A stretch of 64,000 bases of DNA. It comes from an uncultured Candidatus Entotheonella sp. Its GTDB lineage: Bacteria > Tectomicrobia > Entotheonellia > Entotheonellales > Entotheonellaceae. The stretch spans positions 864,001 through 928,000 of the forward strand of contig CBDCDA010000001.1 of NCBI GenBank assembly GCA_965215335.1, given 5' to 3'. The position numbers and the translations under genes were made by a program. Positions 62,779-64,000 of the stretch are shown one piece after another; the first letter of the stretch is position 1; each line of letters starts with the position of its first letter. Below the pieces are notes generated by a model. It had not been told where the DNA came from. It worked only from the letters and a program-made list of their open reading frames with translations, and did not search any database.

Positions 62779-63360
62779 CTACGCTTCTTCCTGGGTGAGC
62801 CAGCGCCGCGTCGGCGGCAGTTGGTGCCGCTGCAGCGCGTCAAGGAGGGACACAGGCTGTTCGGCCGTTACGAACAGACCCCGGTATTTGGATTTGGTGA
62901 AGCCCTCGGCAATCGTGTGGTCGACGAACGCTATCAACCCATCGAAATAACCCGCCGCGTTCAGCAGGCCGATCGGCTTGCGGTGAATGCCAAGCTGCGC
63001 CCAGGCGATGACTTCGAACAACTCCTCCAGGGTGCCGAAGCCGCCCGGCAGGGCGATAAAGGCGTCCGACAGCGACGCCATGAGCGCCTTGCGCTCGTGC
63101 ATGCTGGACACGACGTGCAGTCTTGTCACCGCCTCGTGGGCCAGTTCCCGCTCCGTCATGGGCCTGGGGATGACGCCGGTTACCGTGCCGCCGGCCTGCA
63201 GGACGGCATCGGCGAGGCTCCCCATCAGCCCGACATGCCCACCGCCGTACACCAAGCCATGGCCGTGCCGCGCCAGCAGGCCGCCCAGTTCGACGGCGGC
63301 TTGTCGGTAGCAGGCGTCGGCGCCGCTTTGCGAACCGCAAAACACGCAGATGTTCCGCAT
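62779..63360 (-). CDS. LOG-family nucleotide phosphoribohydrolase
   Basis: ICVFCGS, VYGGGHVGLMG, MHERK, PGGFGTLEE. Confidence 0.92.
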   Translation of the reverse strand: MRNICVFCGSQSGADACYRQAAVELGGLLARHGHGLVYGGGHVGLMGSLADAVLQAGGTVTGVIPRPMTERELAHEAVTRLHVVSSMHERKALMASLSDAFIALPGGFGTLEELFEVIAWAQLGIHRKPIGLLNAAGYFDGLIAFVDHTIAEGFTKSKYRGLFVTAEQPVSLLDALQRHQLPPTRRWLTQEEA

Positions 63361-63373
63361 GCGTCCATGCCTC

Positions 63374-64000
63374 TCAGGACACCTCCAGCAGCGTCAGCAA
63401 ATCCTGCCAGGACGTAATGGCAGGCACCGACGGATCGGCAGGGGGCATCGTCAAAGCGGCCGCGCCCTGTTGTCGTTGGGCATAGATCGTCCGCACCGGC
63501 TGCATGCCCGCCAGCCGGGCGCCCTGCACGTCGGCCCGCGGGTCATCACCCACAAAGACAATCGACGGCGGCGGCACACCCAGAGCTTCGATCAGGCTCT
63601 GAAATACCTTTGGGTGCGGCTTGCGGTAGCCCAGATCACCGGAAACCAGCAGAACCTCGAAATACGACGACAGGTGCAGGTGATCGAGAATCTGCCGCGC
63701 GGCCGGGCCGTGGGTCAGATTGGACAGCAGGGCGAGACGATAATGCGATTTGAGAGCGGCCAGCATGTCGGCGGTACCGGGGAGCGCCCGGGCGTTGTCG
63801 ATAAAGGCCGAGAAATACGCCTCCACGGCCCGGGCCACACGCGACTCGTGCGGTTGCATGTCGATGCCCAGGCGTTGCAACGCAGTGCTGATCCACAGCC
63901 CATTATGAGTCTCCCTGCCCAGACGCTCCGCCTCGCTGACGAAGCCCTGCACCACGTCGCGGTATACCGGCATGAAGTCATCGGCATGCACGGCAACGCC
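63374..64000 (-). CDS. HAD-family hydrolase, 5'-partial
   Basis: LLSN, KPHPKVF, FVGDDPRADVQGA; runs off the window edge. Confidence 0.8.
   Translation of the reverse strand, partial: GVAVHADDFMPVYRDVVQGFVSEAERLGRETHNGLWISTALQRLGIDMQPHESRVARAVEAYFSAFIDNARALPGTADMLAALKSHYRLALLSNLTHGPAARQILDHLHLSSYFEVLLVSGDLGYRKPHPKVFQSLIEALGVPPPSIVFVGDDPRADVQGARLAGMQPVRTIYAQRQQGAAALTMPPADPSVPAITSWQDLLTLLEVS

Overview
High-GC bacterial window. Housekeeping genes (lptD-msbA, oxyR/katA, glnB-glnA, acpS, PPi-PFK, tatD, sugar ABC transporter, pyrF, hflX, LOG) flank a ~26 kb CRISPR-Cas island at ~26.0-52.1 kb. The island holds two divergent type I-G (I-U) interference operons joined tail-to-tail, one 17-repeat array, cas2, a cas4-cas1 fusion, and a divergently transcribed type III-B (cmr1-6) operon led by a CARF-HEPN-CARF protein. 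No standalone cas6 is present in the window. The top observation is that Csb2 (Cas5/Cas6 fusion) of the array-linked I-G operon is 777 aa because a ~250-aa phosphoribosyltransferase-like domain with an intact PRPP-binding loop (LLVDDFIGQGGTL) is inserted in frame between its Cas5-like and Cas6-like halves. This is a candidate Cascade-tethered enzymatic effector. Also present: an intact ISAs1 with IRs and a 10-bp TSD, IS remnants, several internally deleted or chimeric defence-gene relics (hsdR, hsdM/Fic, TIR), a probable ATC start for hflX, a sigma-54 promoter before glnB and an OxyR box before katA. All family assignments are by motif recognition; no searches were run.
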